From the NCBI GenBank assembly GCA_963517315.1, contig CAUQEF010000008.1:11454-75453 (forward strand): DNA of 64,000 nt, given 5' to 3'. This document shows positions 1-13,909 of this stretch, in pieces. The stretch comes from an uncultured Prevotellaceae bacterium (GTDB lineage Bacteria; Bacteroidota; Bacteroidia; Bacteroidales; Bacteroidaceae). The position numbers were made by a program, and so were the translations under genes. Under the pieces are notes generated by a model that saw only the letters and a list, made by a program, of their open reading frames with translations, ran no database searches and was not told the origin of the DNA. Numbering within the stretch: position 1 is the stretch's first letter; each line of letters begins with the position of its first letter.

Positions 1-278
1 CACATGGCCGGTCCTTTCGAACGGTTGAGCATGCGGAATTGAATGGCGGTAGCATCCGTCACTTCGCCCATTTGTCCGCCGAGCGCATCCACCTCACGGA
101 CGATTTGTCCCTTGGCGATGCCGCCGACGGCCGGATTACAGCTCATTTGGGCTATTTTGTTCATGTCCATCGTGATCACCACGGTGCGAGCACCCATGCG
201 CGCAGCCGCACAGGCTGCCTCACAACCGGCATGTCCGGCACCGATCACGATGACATCATAATGAAAAGTCGTATCCAT
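1..278 (-). CDS. mnmG: tRNA uridine-5-carboxymethylaminomethyl(34) synthesis enzyme MnmG/GidA, 5' part (runs off window)
   Basis: Manual translation from ATG at 278: [29 protein letters not shown]...[24 protein letters not shown]...[13 protein letters not shown], the classic GidA N-terminus. Not in the ORF track. Confidence 0.96.
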   Translation of the reverse strand, partial: MDTTFHYDVIVIGAGHAGCEAACAAARMGARTVVITMDMNKIAQMSCNPAVGGIAKGQIVREVDALGGQMGEVTDATAIQFRMLNRSKGPAM

Positions 279-285
279 AACTATG

Positions 286-293
286 CAAAGATA
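286..293 (-). promoter_or_regulatory. Bacteroidetes sigma70 -7 element (TATCTTTG) for mnmG
   Basis: Matches TAnnTTTG, 7 nt before the ATG. Confidence 0.7.
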
Positions 294-343
294 ATGATTT
301 TGTGGCAGATAGGCGACTGACAGCCTGACGGCGGGCGGCTATG

Positions 344-388
344 AAAAAGCCCCTTCGCGCGCCGAAAGTCCCGGCGAGGTGAAGGGGA
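344..388 (-). terminator. Probable intrinsic terminator of thioesterase gene
   Basis: CCCTTC..CGCCG-loop-CGGCG..GAAGGG stem followed by CTTTTT on the minus strand. Confidence 0.5.
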
Positions 389-475
389 GAAGAGTTGCCT
401 GTCGATGAAATCGGACATTATGGGCGATTCGTACGACAAGGGACACTCTACAAGAGCGTCGGAAAGTTTTTCGGT

Positions 476-904
476 TCAGAGACCAAATTTTTCGTTCAGC
501 TCCGCACAATCGGCCAAACGACCGTTCACCACCGACACAATATCGGTTTGCGCGCGGACGCAAACTTGCTCTTTGGCATAAGAGGGGTCGGTTGCTGCGC
601 GAACCGGGTCGACACTGCGCACAATCTCTTGGAGGAACGAATAGCGCAACCCGCGTTTTTCCATAGCCAAGCGCACTTCAAAATAGTCGCGCGGTTGGAG
701 GGAGCGTTTGAATTTGAGTTCGGCTTGCGCCACGACAACGTCGATGCCGCGGCGGTGAAGATCGGCAAACTCTACGCCGCGCGATTCGATGAACTCGTGC
801 CGGCATGCTTCGAAATAGTGGAAGTAGTTGGCATTGTTCACAATGCCCTGAATGTCGCATTCGTAATCGCGAACGCGCATGGGAAAAGAAAAAATGAAAT
901 CCAT
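476..904 (-). CDS. Acyl-CoA thioesterase (4HBT/YbgC-FadM family)
   Basis: MDFIFSFPMRVRDYECDIQGIVNNANYFHYFEACRHEF hot-dog-fold motif; start trimmed to ATG 904. Confidence 0.88.
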   Translation of the reverse strand: MDFIFSFPMRVRDYECDIQGIVNNANYFHYFEACRHEFIESRGVEFADLHRRGIDVVVAQAELKFKRSLQPRDYFEVRLAMEKRGLRYSFLQEIVRSVDPVRAATDPSYAKEQVCVRAQTDIVSVVNGRLADCAELNEKFGL

Positions 905-939
905 GATAATAGTATTTATAATGGGTTGATAGGTAGGAA

Positions 940-1044
940 AAAGCAGGGGACTTTTGCGCGAAAGTTGGGAACTTTTTCTGAAAAACGGCCGACTTTTTTG
1001 CGCTACGCGCGCAGTTTCGGCCGACTCATCGCGAGTCTTTACCG
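940..1044. repeat. 21-bp-period degenerate palindromic array (AAAGTn5ACTTTTn5)
   Basis: ACTTTT at 950, 971, 992; degenerate at 1013, 1034. Confidence 0.8.
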
Positions 1045-1215
1045 GAAACGGGGCTTGTTGCGCTGCTTTTTGGCTCGCCGCGTTGGGGCACATTCGCGCC
1101 ATTTTTGCGCCGAGCGCATTCGGTGTGCCGCGAAAAGCCTTGTTTTCGGCGCAGCGTGAAGAAATAAATGAAAGAGCGTGAGAAAAGAAGAAGATTGGGG
1201 GCGGCGCGTAAATCA

Positions 1216-2643
1216 TCAGCGGTGAGCATTGCGCATGAAGTGAGCGCCAAACCGACAGCGGAGACAATCTTTTCGGTCGCAGTAGTGGAGTTTCAACTGG
1301 AGCAACGCCTGCGTGTCGGCCGCATGCCGAGCGGTGAGGCCGGCTTCATGCCAAGCCCGAACGGTGGCATTGCTTTCCGGTTGGAGTTGTTCCAACCATT
1401 CGAGTGCTCGTTCGGCGCGCTCGTCGTCATGGTGTGTGCGGGCGTAGGCAAAGAGAGTCGGAATAACAGCGTTGATGAACAAAAGGTCGATCGAGTTGCG
1501 CGAAAGACACGAAACTTGCCGGCGGTCTTCTGAGTTTCCCCTTCGGCGTTTTACAAGCCGGTTGTTTCGCGTTGTCGGCTCTCCGGTGGACGATGATTCG
1601 ATGGAATCGCCATTTTTTAGTTCTCCGGTTATATTGGGAATGTCAACGCATTTCGTGATTTTCCCTTCTTTTTCACCGAAGGTGTAATGCGTTTGCCAAT
1701 AGGGTAGTGTGTTGAATTTGAATTGGTTACGCAATTCGTCGAGCGCTTCGCACTCTCTCACCGCCGCAAAGGATAAATGCCCCGATACGTAAAGCGCAGC
1801 CATTTGCGCCAGCCGAACGTGCGGAAAATTCTGTGGACGAAGCCTCAGAAAACGCCATTCGCTCGATGAAATCGGTGAGATTACAAATTTCTGTCTTAAA
1901 AAGTGATATTCTTTTTCGAGACGTAAGAAATGTTCATCGTGTTGTTGCGGAGGAATTGTTTCAGTGTCGAGGAGTCCCGCTTGGCCGAAAAAGAGCGCTT
2001 CTATTTGGAAAGCGTTGTCTCGGTGCTTGGCCATGTGCTGCGGATCGAGGGTTGCGGCCCAAAGTTGGAAAGCCTCCGCGTTTTTCCCGAAGCCGAAAGC
2101 GCGCGCCAGCGTGATGAAGAACGTGCGCTCCCAATCGCCGGCCGTTTCTCGAAGCCAATATAAGATGCGTTCCGTTTTCTGCTCGAGTCGCTCCACTGCG
2201 AGCGAGCAGAGCCACGCCTTTCGTGCAAAATCGTCGATCTCACCGAGCGTTTCTCGGCAAGCAGGGTAGTGCGGAGCCGAGCATAAGGTTTGAAATTGTG
2301 CGGTCAAGGCCTCGGGCACGCCCATTTCCCACTGAGGCAAGGTGCGTCCGTTCTCGGTCTGCACGGCGCAATCGGCGATGCGCACCACATGCAGCACCAC
2401 ATTGTTGTAGTTTTCGTCGTTTTCATGGCCGTGTCGAAACCAATCTGAGGAACGTTCGTGGATTTCGACGTTGCCGACCCACAGCTGTCCGCCGATTTTT
2501 ATTTTCGCATTGAAGAAATCAGGGCCCGCGTCGTGATTGTGCAGTCCCGTGTCGAGGATTTCGAGCGAAAGACCGTCGGCGGTGCGCATCGGCTCCGGGA
2601 GAAAGAGCCGGTGCTGCCAGGCATAATGTAGAAGAGCTTCCAT
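1216..2643 (-). CDS. DUF2851 family protein
   Basis: MEALLHYAWQHRLF...GPDFFNAKIKIG...WVGNVEIH..SSDW..HGH..D..YNNVVLHVV, RLRPQNFPHVRLAQ, C-terminal YCDRKDCLRCRFG. Confidence 0.9.
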   Translation of the reverse strand: MEALLHYAWQHRLFLPEPMRTADGLSLEILDTGLHNHDAGPDFFNAKIKIGGQLWVGNVEIHERSSDWFRHGHENDENYNNVVLHVVRIADCAVQTENGRTLPQWEMGVPEALTAQFQTLCSAPHYPACRETLGEIDDFARKAWLCSLAVERLEQKTERILYWLRETAGDWERTFFITLARAFGFGKNAEAFQLWAATLDPQHMAKHRDNAFQIEALFFGQAGLLDTETIPPQQHDEHFLRLEKEYHFLRQKFVISPISSSEWRFLRLRPQNFPHVRLAQMAALYVSGHLSFAAVRECEALDELRNQFKFNTLPYWQTHYTFGEKEGKITKCVDIPNITGELKNGDSIESSSTGEPTTRNNRLVKRRRGNSEDRRQVSCLSRNSIDLLFINAVIPTLFAYARTHHDDERAERALEWLEQLQPESNATVRAWHEAGLTARHAADTQALLQLKLHYCDRKDCLRCRFGAHFMRNAHR

Positions 2644-2715
2644 GGCGGTGCGCGTTGGTGAGAAACGGCGACAGGAATTGCCCTTCAAAAATAGACAATT
2701 GCTGTCTTGTGTTCA

Positions 2716-2772
2716 CAAAAATAGGACTTTCTGCTCAAAAATGCAAGTCTTGTTTGATTTTTGCCGATTTCA
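2716..2772. repeat. Weak copy of 21-bp-period array
   Basis: AAAAATAGGACTTTCTGCTCAAAAATGCAAGTCTTG; T-tracts about 21 bp apart. Confidence 0.4.
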
Positions 2773-2904
2773 TCGAGAACCGGCCCCGGGAATGACGCGA
2801 AAAAGGCGAAGCCCGGCCGGTGGTTTGCGCTTATTTTCTGATTATCAGGGGACGAGCCGTCGGAAAAAAGCGCACGCAGAATCGCAATAGTCCGTGGTAA
2901 TTTG

Positions 2905-2912
2905 TATTTTTG
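2905..2912 (+). promoter_or_regulatory. -7 element (TATTTTTG) for DUF2723 operon
   Basis: TAnnTTTG consensus about 120 nt upstream of the ATG. Confidence 0.6.
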
Positions 2913-3030
2913 CACGAAATAGTGCCCATCGGTGGCGACGAACCACCTCGTCGCTGCGCGCGATCGGCGCACACAGCGATCTTCAGTAAGCAATAATACG
3001 CAACATTAGCATTATCACTGTACGTGTGAA

Positions 3031-6000
3031 ATGAAACAATTCAAACTCCTCAACAACGTCGTGGGTTGGTTGGTCTTCTTAGTCGCCGCCTTTACCTACG
3101 TTTCCACGGTCGAGTCCACAGCATCATTCTGGGATTGTCCGGAGTTCATCACTACGGCCTATCGGCTTGAAGTGGGGCATCCGCCCGGAGCGCCCTTCTT
3201 TATGCTCACGGGCAAGTTCTTTTCGCTCTTTGCCTCCGGTCCTGAGCAAGTGGCCTACTGGATCAATGTAATGAGCGCCCTGCTCTCGGCATTCTGCATC
3301 CTGTTCTTGTTCTGGAGCATCACGCATTTGGCGCGTAAGTTGCTTTGCACCGATGGTGTGGTCGAAACCGTTAGCCAAACGCAGACGATTTTGGCCAGTG
3401 GTGTGGCCGGTGCTTTGGCCTACACGTGGAGCGACACCTTCTGGTTTTCCGCCGTCGAGGGCGAAGTCTACGCCTATTCGTCGATGTTCACGGCCTTGGT
3501 GTTCTGGCTCATCCTGAAATGGGAAGACAATGCCGACTCTCCGCACGCCGATCGCTGGATTGTGTTGATTTTCTACCTCACCGGTTTGTCCATCGGTGTG
3601 CACTTGCTCAATCTGCTGTGCTTGCCGGCCATCGTTTTGGTCTACTATTATAAGAAAACCCCCGATGCCAACCTCAAAGGTTCGCTGATGGCACTCGGCC
3701 TCAGCATCGTGTTGGTGGCCGCCGTCCTCTATGGTGTCGTGCCCGGCATCGTGAAAGTGGGCGGATGGTTCGAACTTTTCTTCGTCAATGTGCTGGGATT
3801 GCCGTTCAACAGCGGTATGATCATCTACATCCTCGTCTTGATCGGCGTCGTCAGCGCCGCCTTGTGGTCGACCCTCCAAAGCAATCGGGTGCGCACCGTG
3901 GCGCTTTATCTCGCCAGTGTGGGCATGCTGGGCATTCCGTTCTACGGCAAAGGCTACGTCATGCCCTTGTTGCTCGGTGCCGTTGTGCTCTGCGCGCTTT
4001 GGTTCCTCCTGCAATGGAAGAAAAACGGCCAATATGTGGTGCGCAAGCGCGCGCTCAACACCTCGTTGCTCTGCATGTTGATGCTCATGATCGGCTATTC
4101 GTCCTACGCACTCATCGTGTTGCGTTCGGCACAAAACACGCCGATGGATCAAAACTCGCCCGAAGACATCTTCTCGCTCGGCACTTATCTGAACCGCGAG
4201 CAGTACGGTCAGAAGCCCCTCCTCTATGGTCAAGCCTTTACCTCGCAGGCTGTGGGTCAGGACAAGGAGGAAAGCGTGCAACGTCACGAGAAGAAAAATG
4301 CGAACGAGCCCGACAAGTACGACATTGTCGAGGTGAGCGGCCAGCCCGTCTACCCCTCTGCGCAGAAAATGCTCTTCCCCCGCATGTTCTCTCGCGCCCA
4401 TGCCGGTCTTTACCAGCAATGGTTGGGCGGCGTCGACACCAAACCCGTGGAAGTTCGCGGACAATATGAAGGTCAATCCTACGATTTCACCGGCGAAATG
4501 CCCTCGCAGTGGGACAACCTCCGCTTCTTCCTGTCCTATCAGGTGAATTTCATGTACTGGCGCTACTTCATGTGGAACTTTGCCGGCCGTCAGAACGACA
4601 TTCAAAGCTACGGAGAACTCGAACACGGCCAATGGATCACCGGTATTCCCTTCATTGACAACGCCCTCTACGGCGATCAGTCGAAACTCCCCGCCGATCT
4701 GCGCGAAAACAAGGGGCACAACGTCTTCTACTGCCTGCCCTTGTTGCTCGGACTCCTCGGCATGTTCTGGCAAGCCTACCGCGGAAAGAAAGGCATCCAG
4801 CAGTTCTGGGTCGTTTTCTTCCTCTTCTTCATGACCGGTTTGGCCATTATCCTCTATTTGAACCAAACTCCGAGCGAACCGCGCGAACGTGACTACGCCT
4901 ATGCGGGCTCTTTCTACGCGTTTGCCATTTGGATCGGTTTGGGCATCGCCGCTCTCGTCGAAGGTCTGCGTCGTTTCGGCAAATTACCCCATCTCGCCGC
5001 CGCCGGCATCGCATCGGTTGTGGCACTCGCCGTGCCTTTGCAGATGGTCAGCCAGACTTGGGACGACCACGACCGCTCCGGTCGCACCGCCGCCCGCGAC
5101 TTTGGCATGAACTATCTCTACTCGCTCGATGAAAAGGGCAACCCCGTCATTTTCACCAACGGCGACAACGACACCTTCCCCCTCTGGTACGGCCAAGACG
5201 TGGAAGGCGAGCGCACCGACGCCCGCGTTTGCAACCTCTCCTACCTGCAAACCGACTGGTATATCGACCAAATGCGCCGTCCGGCGTGGAACAGTCCCTC
5301 ACTGCCCATCACTTGGAAGCGTTGGGAGTACGTCGACAACACCGGCCACGACTTCTTCATGGTGCGCCCCGAGCTGAAAGAACAGCTCTTGGTGCTCAAA
5401 AAAGATTTCCAAGCGCAGGGTAAAAAAGACGATCCCTTCGAACTGAAGTATATCATCGACAATTTCGTGCGCAATCCCGAGATTGCCTGCGTTCCCACCG
5501 ACTCCATTGTGCTGAGCGTGGACAAAGCCGCCGTATTGCGCAGCGGCATGAAACTCCCCCACGGCAAGGACAGCATCCCCGAGAAGATGCACATCTCACT
5601 TCGCGGCAAGCGTGTGCTCACCAAGAGCGAGATGATGGTCTACGAAATGCTGGCTCACCACAATTGGACGCGCCCGCTCTACATGAGCACCACGCTCGGC
5701 GGCGACAACCAAGCCGGTTTGGACAACTACTTGATGCTCGAAGGCCTCGCCGCCCGCATCACGCCCTTCAATATGGGCGGCAATGTGGTGGACACCGAGC
5801 GGATGTACGACAACTTCATGAACAAGTTCCGCTACGGCAACGTGGCCGATCCGAAAGTCTACGTCGACCAAACCGTTATGCGCCCCTGCTACACGCATCG
5901 CCTGCGCATGGCTCAATTGGCTCAGCAATTGATTAAAGAAGGCAAGCGCGACAAGGCGCTGAAAGTCTTGCAGAAGTGCGAACAAGTGCTGCCCCCGAGC

Positions 6001-6402
6001 CAAGTGCCCTACGAGGTGTGGTCGCTCGGCATGGATCCGAAAACCCAATTGCTCACACTGCCCGAATGCTACCGCGAATTGGGTAAGACCAAGGAGGCCG
6101 AAACCATCTTGAAGTCCGTGGCCGATCGCGCAATGGCCTATTTCGACTGGTACAACAGCTTCTCCGAAAGCCGTCTCTCGTCCATGTCCGGCGACATCAT
6201 GCAGCAATACCAAATGCTGAGCATGGCCATCGACGGACTGAGCAAGTGCCAATCGCCGCTCGCCGAGAGCTACACCAAGCACATCGATCGTCTTCAAAAC
6301 ACCCCCGCCGGTCGTGTATTGATCTCCGCGATGAACGCGCGCCGTGCCGCAGCCGCGCAACGCTATCTGCCTGAGGACGCCGCCGATTATGTCGGTGAAT
6401 AA
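3031..6402 (+). CDS. DUF2723 polytopic membrane protein (TMEM260-like GT-C glycosyltransferase)
   Basis: SFWDCPEFI, VGHPPGAP, FWFSAVEGEVYA, QPRERDY-like EPRERDYAY, FTNGDNDTFPLWY motifs; many TM segments. Confidence 0.88.
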   Translation: MKQFKLLNNVVGWLVFLVAAFTYVSTVESTASFWDCPEFITTAYRLEVGHPPGAPFFMLTGKFFSLFASGPEQVAYWINVMSALLSAFCILFLFWSITHLARKLLCTDGVVETVSQTQTILASGVAGALAYTWSDTFWFSAVEGEVYAYSSMFTALVFWLILKWEDNADSPHADRWIVLIFYLTGLSIGVHLLNLLCLPAIVLVYYYKKTPDANLKGSLMALGLSIVLVAAVLYGVVPGIVKVGGWFELFFVNVLGLPFNSGMIIYILVLIGVVSAALWSTLQSNRVRTVALYLASVGMLGIPFYGKGYVMPLLLGAVVLCALWFLLQWKKNGQYVVRKRALNTSLLCMLMLMIGYSSYALIVLRSAQNTPMDQNSPEDIFSLGTYLNREQYGQKPLLYGQAFTSQAVGQDKEESVQRHEKKNANEPDKYDIVEVSGQPVYPSAQKMLFPRMFSRAHAGLYQQWLGGVDTKPVEVRGQYEGQSYDFTGEMPSQWDNLRFFLSYQVNFMYWRYFMWNFAGRQNDIQSYGELEHGQWITGIPFIDNALYGDQSKLPADLRENKGHNVFYCLPLLLGLLGMFWQAYRGKKGIQQFWVVFFLFFMTGLAIILYLNQTPSEPRERDYAYAGSFYAFAIWIGLGIAALVEGLRRFGKLPHLAAAGIASVVALAVPLQMVSQTWDDHDRSGRTAARDFGMNYLYSLDEKGNPVIFTNGDNDTFPLWYGQDVEGERTDARVCNLSYLQTDWYIDQMRRPAWNSPSLPITWKRWEYVDNTGHDFFMVRPELKEQLLVLKKDFQAQGKKDDPFELKYIIDNFVRNPEIACVPTDSIVLSVDKAAVLRSGMKLPHGKDSIPEKMHISLRGKRVLTKSEMMVYEMLAHHNWTRPLYMSTTLGGDNQAGLDNYLMLEGLAARITPFNMGGNVVDTERMYDNFMNKFRYGNVADPKVYVDQTVMRPCYTHRLRMAQLAQQLIKEGKRDKALKVLQKCEQVLPPSQVPYEVWSLGMDPKTQLLTLPECYRELGKTKEAETILKSVADRAMAYFDWYNSFSESRLSSMSGDIMQQYQMLSMAIDGLSKCQSPLAESYTKHIDRLQNTPAGRVLISAMNARRAAAAQRYLPEDAADYVGE

Positions 6403-6417
6403 TCTATTGCTCCGCGC

Positions 6418-7029
6418 ATGATCATCGAACAACCCGCCTTTTTTCTCCGTTGGCTCTATCCCCGCGCTTTGTGGCGGATGGATCCTTCGGAGCGCGCGGT
6501 GTATCTCACTTTCGACGACGGCCCCATCCCCGAAGCCACCCCCTGGGTGCTCGATGTCCTCGACCGTTACGGCGTGAAGGCCACGTTCTTCATGGTGGGC
6601 GACAACATTCGCAAGCACCCCGACGTGTTTGAAATGGTCAAAGCCCGCGGCCATCGTTTGGGCAACCACACTTTCAACCACATCAGCGGACACTTGCACG
6701 GCATTCGCTCCTACGTGCGCAACGTCGAGCAGGCCAACGAATACCTGCACACCAATCTTTTCCGACCGCCCCACGGCTGGATGAAGTGGAAGCAGTATTT
6801 TGCCATTCTTCGCCGCTACAAAGTCGTGATGTGGGACGTCGTTACGCGCGATTACTCCACGCGGCTCAACGCCGACGAGGTGTTTGCCAACGTGCGCCGC
6901 TATGCCCGTCCCGGAAGCATCATCACTTTTCACGACAGCCTGAAGAGCATCGACAAACTCCGCACCGCCCTGCCGCAATCCATCGAGTGGTTGCTGGCCG
7001 AAGGCTACACTTTCAAAGTTTTCGATTGA
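6418..7029 (+). CDS. Polysaccharide deacetylase (CE4/NodB)
   Basis: YLTFDDGP, GNHTFNH, LFRPPHG, IITFHDS motifs. Confidence 0.93.
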   Translation: MIIEQPAFFLRWLYPRALWRMDPSERAVYLTFDDGPIPEATPWVLDVLDRYGVKATFFMVGDNIRKHPDVFEMVKARGHRLGNHTFNHISGHLHGIRSYVRNVEQANEYLHTNLFRPPHGWMKWKQYFAILRRYKVVMWDVVTRDYSTRLNADEVFANVRRYARPGSIITFHDSLKSIDKLRTALPQSIEWLLAEGYTFKVFD

Positions 7030-7123
7030 CCGCCCAACGATCGATGCACACTGCCGTTGGGTTGTCGCGTCGAAACAAAGGGAGCAAGGGCGGCGTTCGG
7101 GCAAACCACCCGTGCGAAAGGCA

Positions 7124-7246
7124 CGCGGCGACAACTTTTGCTCGCTGCCGGTGCGTTTTCGTTGCAAAGTCCGCAACCTTTGTCGAAAACACCACGACTT
7201 TTTGTCGAAACAAGGGGACTTTCGCGCAAAAGTTCCCAAGAAAAAA
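7124..7246. repeat. 21-bp-period degenerate palindromic array
   Basis: T-tract half-sites at 7134, 7155, 7176, 7197, 7218. Confidence 0.85.
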
Positions 7247-7253
7247 TCAGCCC

Positions 7254-8267
7254 ATGTCCGATTATCTTCTTTCTCCCGCATATATCAAAGCCGAGGCACA
7301 GCGCCTCGGCTTTGTTGCCTGCGGACTTTCGCCCGCCGAACCCATGGATGCCGCGCATGTCGCCCGCCGTGAGCGCTGGCTCGCCGAGGGTTGTCACGGC
7401 GAGATGAGCTATTTGGCGCGCAATGAGGAGAAACGCCGCGATCCGCGCCTGTTGGTCGAGGGCGTGCGCACCATTGTGTCCGTTGCGCTCAACTACCACA
7501 CGCCCGATCCCCTCGGTGCCGACGGCCGTCCGCGCCGTTTGTCCATTGCCCGCTATGCCCGCGGTCAAGACTACCACGAGGTGATGAAATCGCGTCTTTT
7601 TGCGCTCCTCAATGCGCTGCGGGCGCACTACGAGAGCGTGGGCGGTGCGGACGCCGAGGCCATCTTTTCCACCGCGCGCGCCTTCACCGACACCGCCCCT
7701 GTGGACGAACGCTACTGGGCTTGGCGGTCGGGCTTGGGATGGATCGGGAAAAACACGCAACTCATCATTCCCGGTGCCGGTAGTCGCTTCTTCCTGGGCG
7801 AACTCTTCCTGCCTTTCGCCGCCGAGACCTACGACCGTCCCGTGGAATCGCAGTGCGGCACCTGCGATCGCTGCCTGCGCGTCTGTCCCACGCAGGCTTT
7901 GAGCCGAGAACTTGGTCTCGACGCGCGCAAATGTCTCTCCTATCTCAGCATCGAGTACCGTGGTGAGACGCTCCCCGAGGGCACCGGCCGCAAACTGGGG
8001 CACATGTTCTACGGTTGCGACCGCTGCACCGACTGCTGTCCGTGGAATCGGCTCTCCGTCCCCACCGATGTGGCGGAATTCTATCCCTCTGATGCCTTGG
8101 CGGCCATGTCGCGCGACGATTGGCGCGGTCTTACGGTCGAACAGTACCGCACGCTCTTCAAAGGATCGGCCGTCAAGCGCGCGAAGTACGAGGGCTTGAT
8201 GCGAAACATCCGAGCGGCTTTTCCGACCCCCACCGCTGCGGAAACGAAACCCACGCCCGAGGATTGA
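7254..8267 (+). CDS. queG: Epoxyqueuosine reductase QueG
   Basis: IARYARGQDYH, DTAPVDER, GLGWIGKN, CGTCDRCLRVCPT and GCDRCTDCCPWN Fe-S motifs; start trimmed to ATG 7254. Confidence 0.95.
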   Translation: MSDYLLSPAYIKAEAQRLGFVACGLSPAEPMDAAHVARRERWLAEGCHGEMSYLARNEEKRRDPRLLVEGVRTIVSVALNYHTPDPLGADGRPRRLSIARYARGQDYHEVMKSRLFALLNALRAHYESVGGADAEAIFSTARAFTDTAPVDERYWAWRSGLGWIGKNTQLIIPGAGSRFFLGELFLPFAAETYDRPVESQCGTCDRCLRVCPTQALSRELGLDARKCLSYLSIEYRGETLPEGTGRKLGHMFYGCDRCTDCCPWNRLSVPTDVAEFYPSDALAAMSRDDWRGLTVEQYRTLFKGSAVKRAKYEGLMRNIRAAFPTPTAAETKPTPED

Positions 8268-8368
8268 ATGTCCACGGCTTCATAACGCGTCTTTTCCTCC
8301 TTGCTGTGTTCTTCGTGGACTTTCGGCGGGGTTTCCCCGTTTGGGAGTAAAAACACGCGTGTAGGCGC

Positions 8369-8408
8369 AAAAAATAATCCCCTCGCAACCGGAGTTGCGA
8401 GGGGATTT
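8369..8408. terminator. Intrinsic terminator between convergent queG and beta-galactosidase
   Basis: AATCCCCTCGCAAC-cgga-GTTGCGAGGGGATT perfect 14-bp stem with A-tract on the left. Confidence 0.85.
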
Positions 8409-8436
8409 GCTGTTTACAGCCGATAGGCGGCGCGGA

Positions 8437-12774
<4,338 letters not shown>

Positions 12775-12863
12775 TCAAGCCCAACTCGCTACCGAACGGC
12801 GTGTCGGCGTGAGGGAAAAAGCATGAGCGGGCATTGGCGCGCGAAGTCAAACCCATGATAGCA

Positions 12864-12900
12864 CCACAGCCTCATTGTTCGAGCGACAATGAGGCTGTGG
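12864..12900 (-). terminator. Strong hairpin downstream of 12941-13465 gene
   Basis: CCACAGCCTCATTGT / ACAATGAGGCTGTGG 15-bp stem. Confidence 0.65.
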
Positions 12901-12940
12901 ACGGAAGAGAGGGCACGAAATCGTGACTGTGGGCGCGGGC

Positions 12941-13465
12941 TTAGTTGTCGATCATCTGTTCGATTAACTGATAAATGCCTTGTTGGCGGCGCCACGCTTT
13001 GTCGGACAAACGATAGTTGACCACCGGCTGCCCTTTGTGGCTGAAGCGGAACGTCAGCGGCTCGTTTTCTCGGAGCAAACTTTGCCATAAAGCATAAGGC
13101 ACTTGGACGGAAACCCGCAGTTCCCATTTCGATTTTCGCGGTTCTAAGTACAACCGTTCGGCGGGAAAGGTGCAGTGCTTGCCTTGGGCATCTCGAAAGC
13201 TGAGGCTATCCACCCTTTGCGGTTGGGGAAAGCGCAGCGAAGCGTTGAGCCGCAGCGAATCGCCGGGGTGGATATCGGTCACGTCGAAGGAGAGTTGGCT
13301 GCCTTTGAGCGCCCCTTCCTCTCGGCATTCGGCTTTGTCGGGCAGGACAAAGTACAGCATCCCCAGTTCTGTCGGTTTGGAAATGATGTGTTTGATGAAA
13401 TTCTCCGCTTGCAAGGGAGCAAGAGCGGCAAGGAAGAAGAGCGTGGACAGCAATAAACGCTTCAT
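12941..13465 (-). CDS. Hypothetical secreted protein
   Basis: Signal peptide MKRLLLSTLFFLAALAPLQA; no recognised domain. Confidence 0.75.
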   Translation of the reverse strand: MKRLLLSTLFFLAALAPLQAENFIKHIISKPTELGMLYFVLPDKAECREEGALKGSQLSFDVTDIHPGDSLRLNASLRFPQPQRVDSLSFRDAQGKHCTFPAERLYLEPRKSKWELRVSVQVPYALWQSLLRENEPLTFRFSHKGQPVVNYRLSDKAWRRQQGIYQLIEQMIDN

Positions 13466-13591
13466 CGGAGCAGGAATTTTCGGATGACGTGAGAAAGCGA
13501 GAGGAAACAGTCCGTCAGAGCAAACCGAGGCGAGGCCGCCGAGACAAAACCTCTGCGACCTCGTCACAATATAGGGTGCTCTTCGGCACGT

Positions 13592-13909
13592 TTATTGGCC
13601 GTATACGAAAACCGTGTACTTGGAAAAGACGCCGAAGACGGTGGTCTTCTGGCTGTCGATGTGGCTGATCTTCTTGATGCCGGCTCTTTTGGCCGCGGTG
13701 TTGATCGAAGCGTCGCCCATGACGAGAAGACCAAAGTAATTCACCGCTTCGGCTGTTCCTACTTTGTTGCCTACGGGATTGGCCGTTGCTGTTTCGCCGG
13801 AATAGAGGTCGGTGTACAATACGCCGAGGCCGGCGGGGGTGTTAATCGTTGCGCAGCTCGTGAAAGAGAGAGCCGCCGTTGCAAGGAGCGCGAGAGCAAG
13901 TTTCTTCAT
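13592..13909 (-). CDS. TRL-like family lipoprotein
   Basis: Lipobox FTSC; KVGTAEA..FGLLVMGDASINTAAKRAGIKKISHID..VYG pattern typical of TRL-like proteins. Confidence 0.8.
   Translation of the reverse strand: MKKLALALLATAALSFTSCATINTPAGLGVLYTDLYSGETATANPVGNKVGTAEAVNYFGLLVMGDASINTAAKRAGIKKISHIDSQKTTVFGVFSKYTVFVYGQ

Noticed and set aside
3124..4866. Long antisense ORFs (also 5596-7281, 8395-9972, 33033-35021, 42750-44306, 45391-47424, 55363-57747, 59901-61613, 61695-63995)
   Set aside because: They mirror well-supported genes on the opposite strand, have no recognisable motifs, and are expected from GC-rich codon bias
940..7246. 21-bp arrays as CRISPR arrays
   Set aside because: Units are contiguous and degenerate with no unique 30-40-bp spacers, and no cas genes are in the window
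6786..7253. N-terminal extensions given by the ORF track (queG, also thioesterase, GH2, gpmA, bcp, fhs, S41, GNAT, GH20) and heptad F-x6 peptides read through the 21-bp arrays
   Set aside because: Extensions run through promoters and repeats and precede the family-typical starts; the heptad pattern is a by-product of the DNA period
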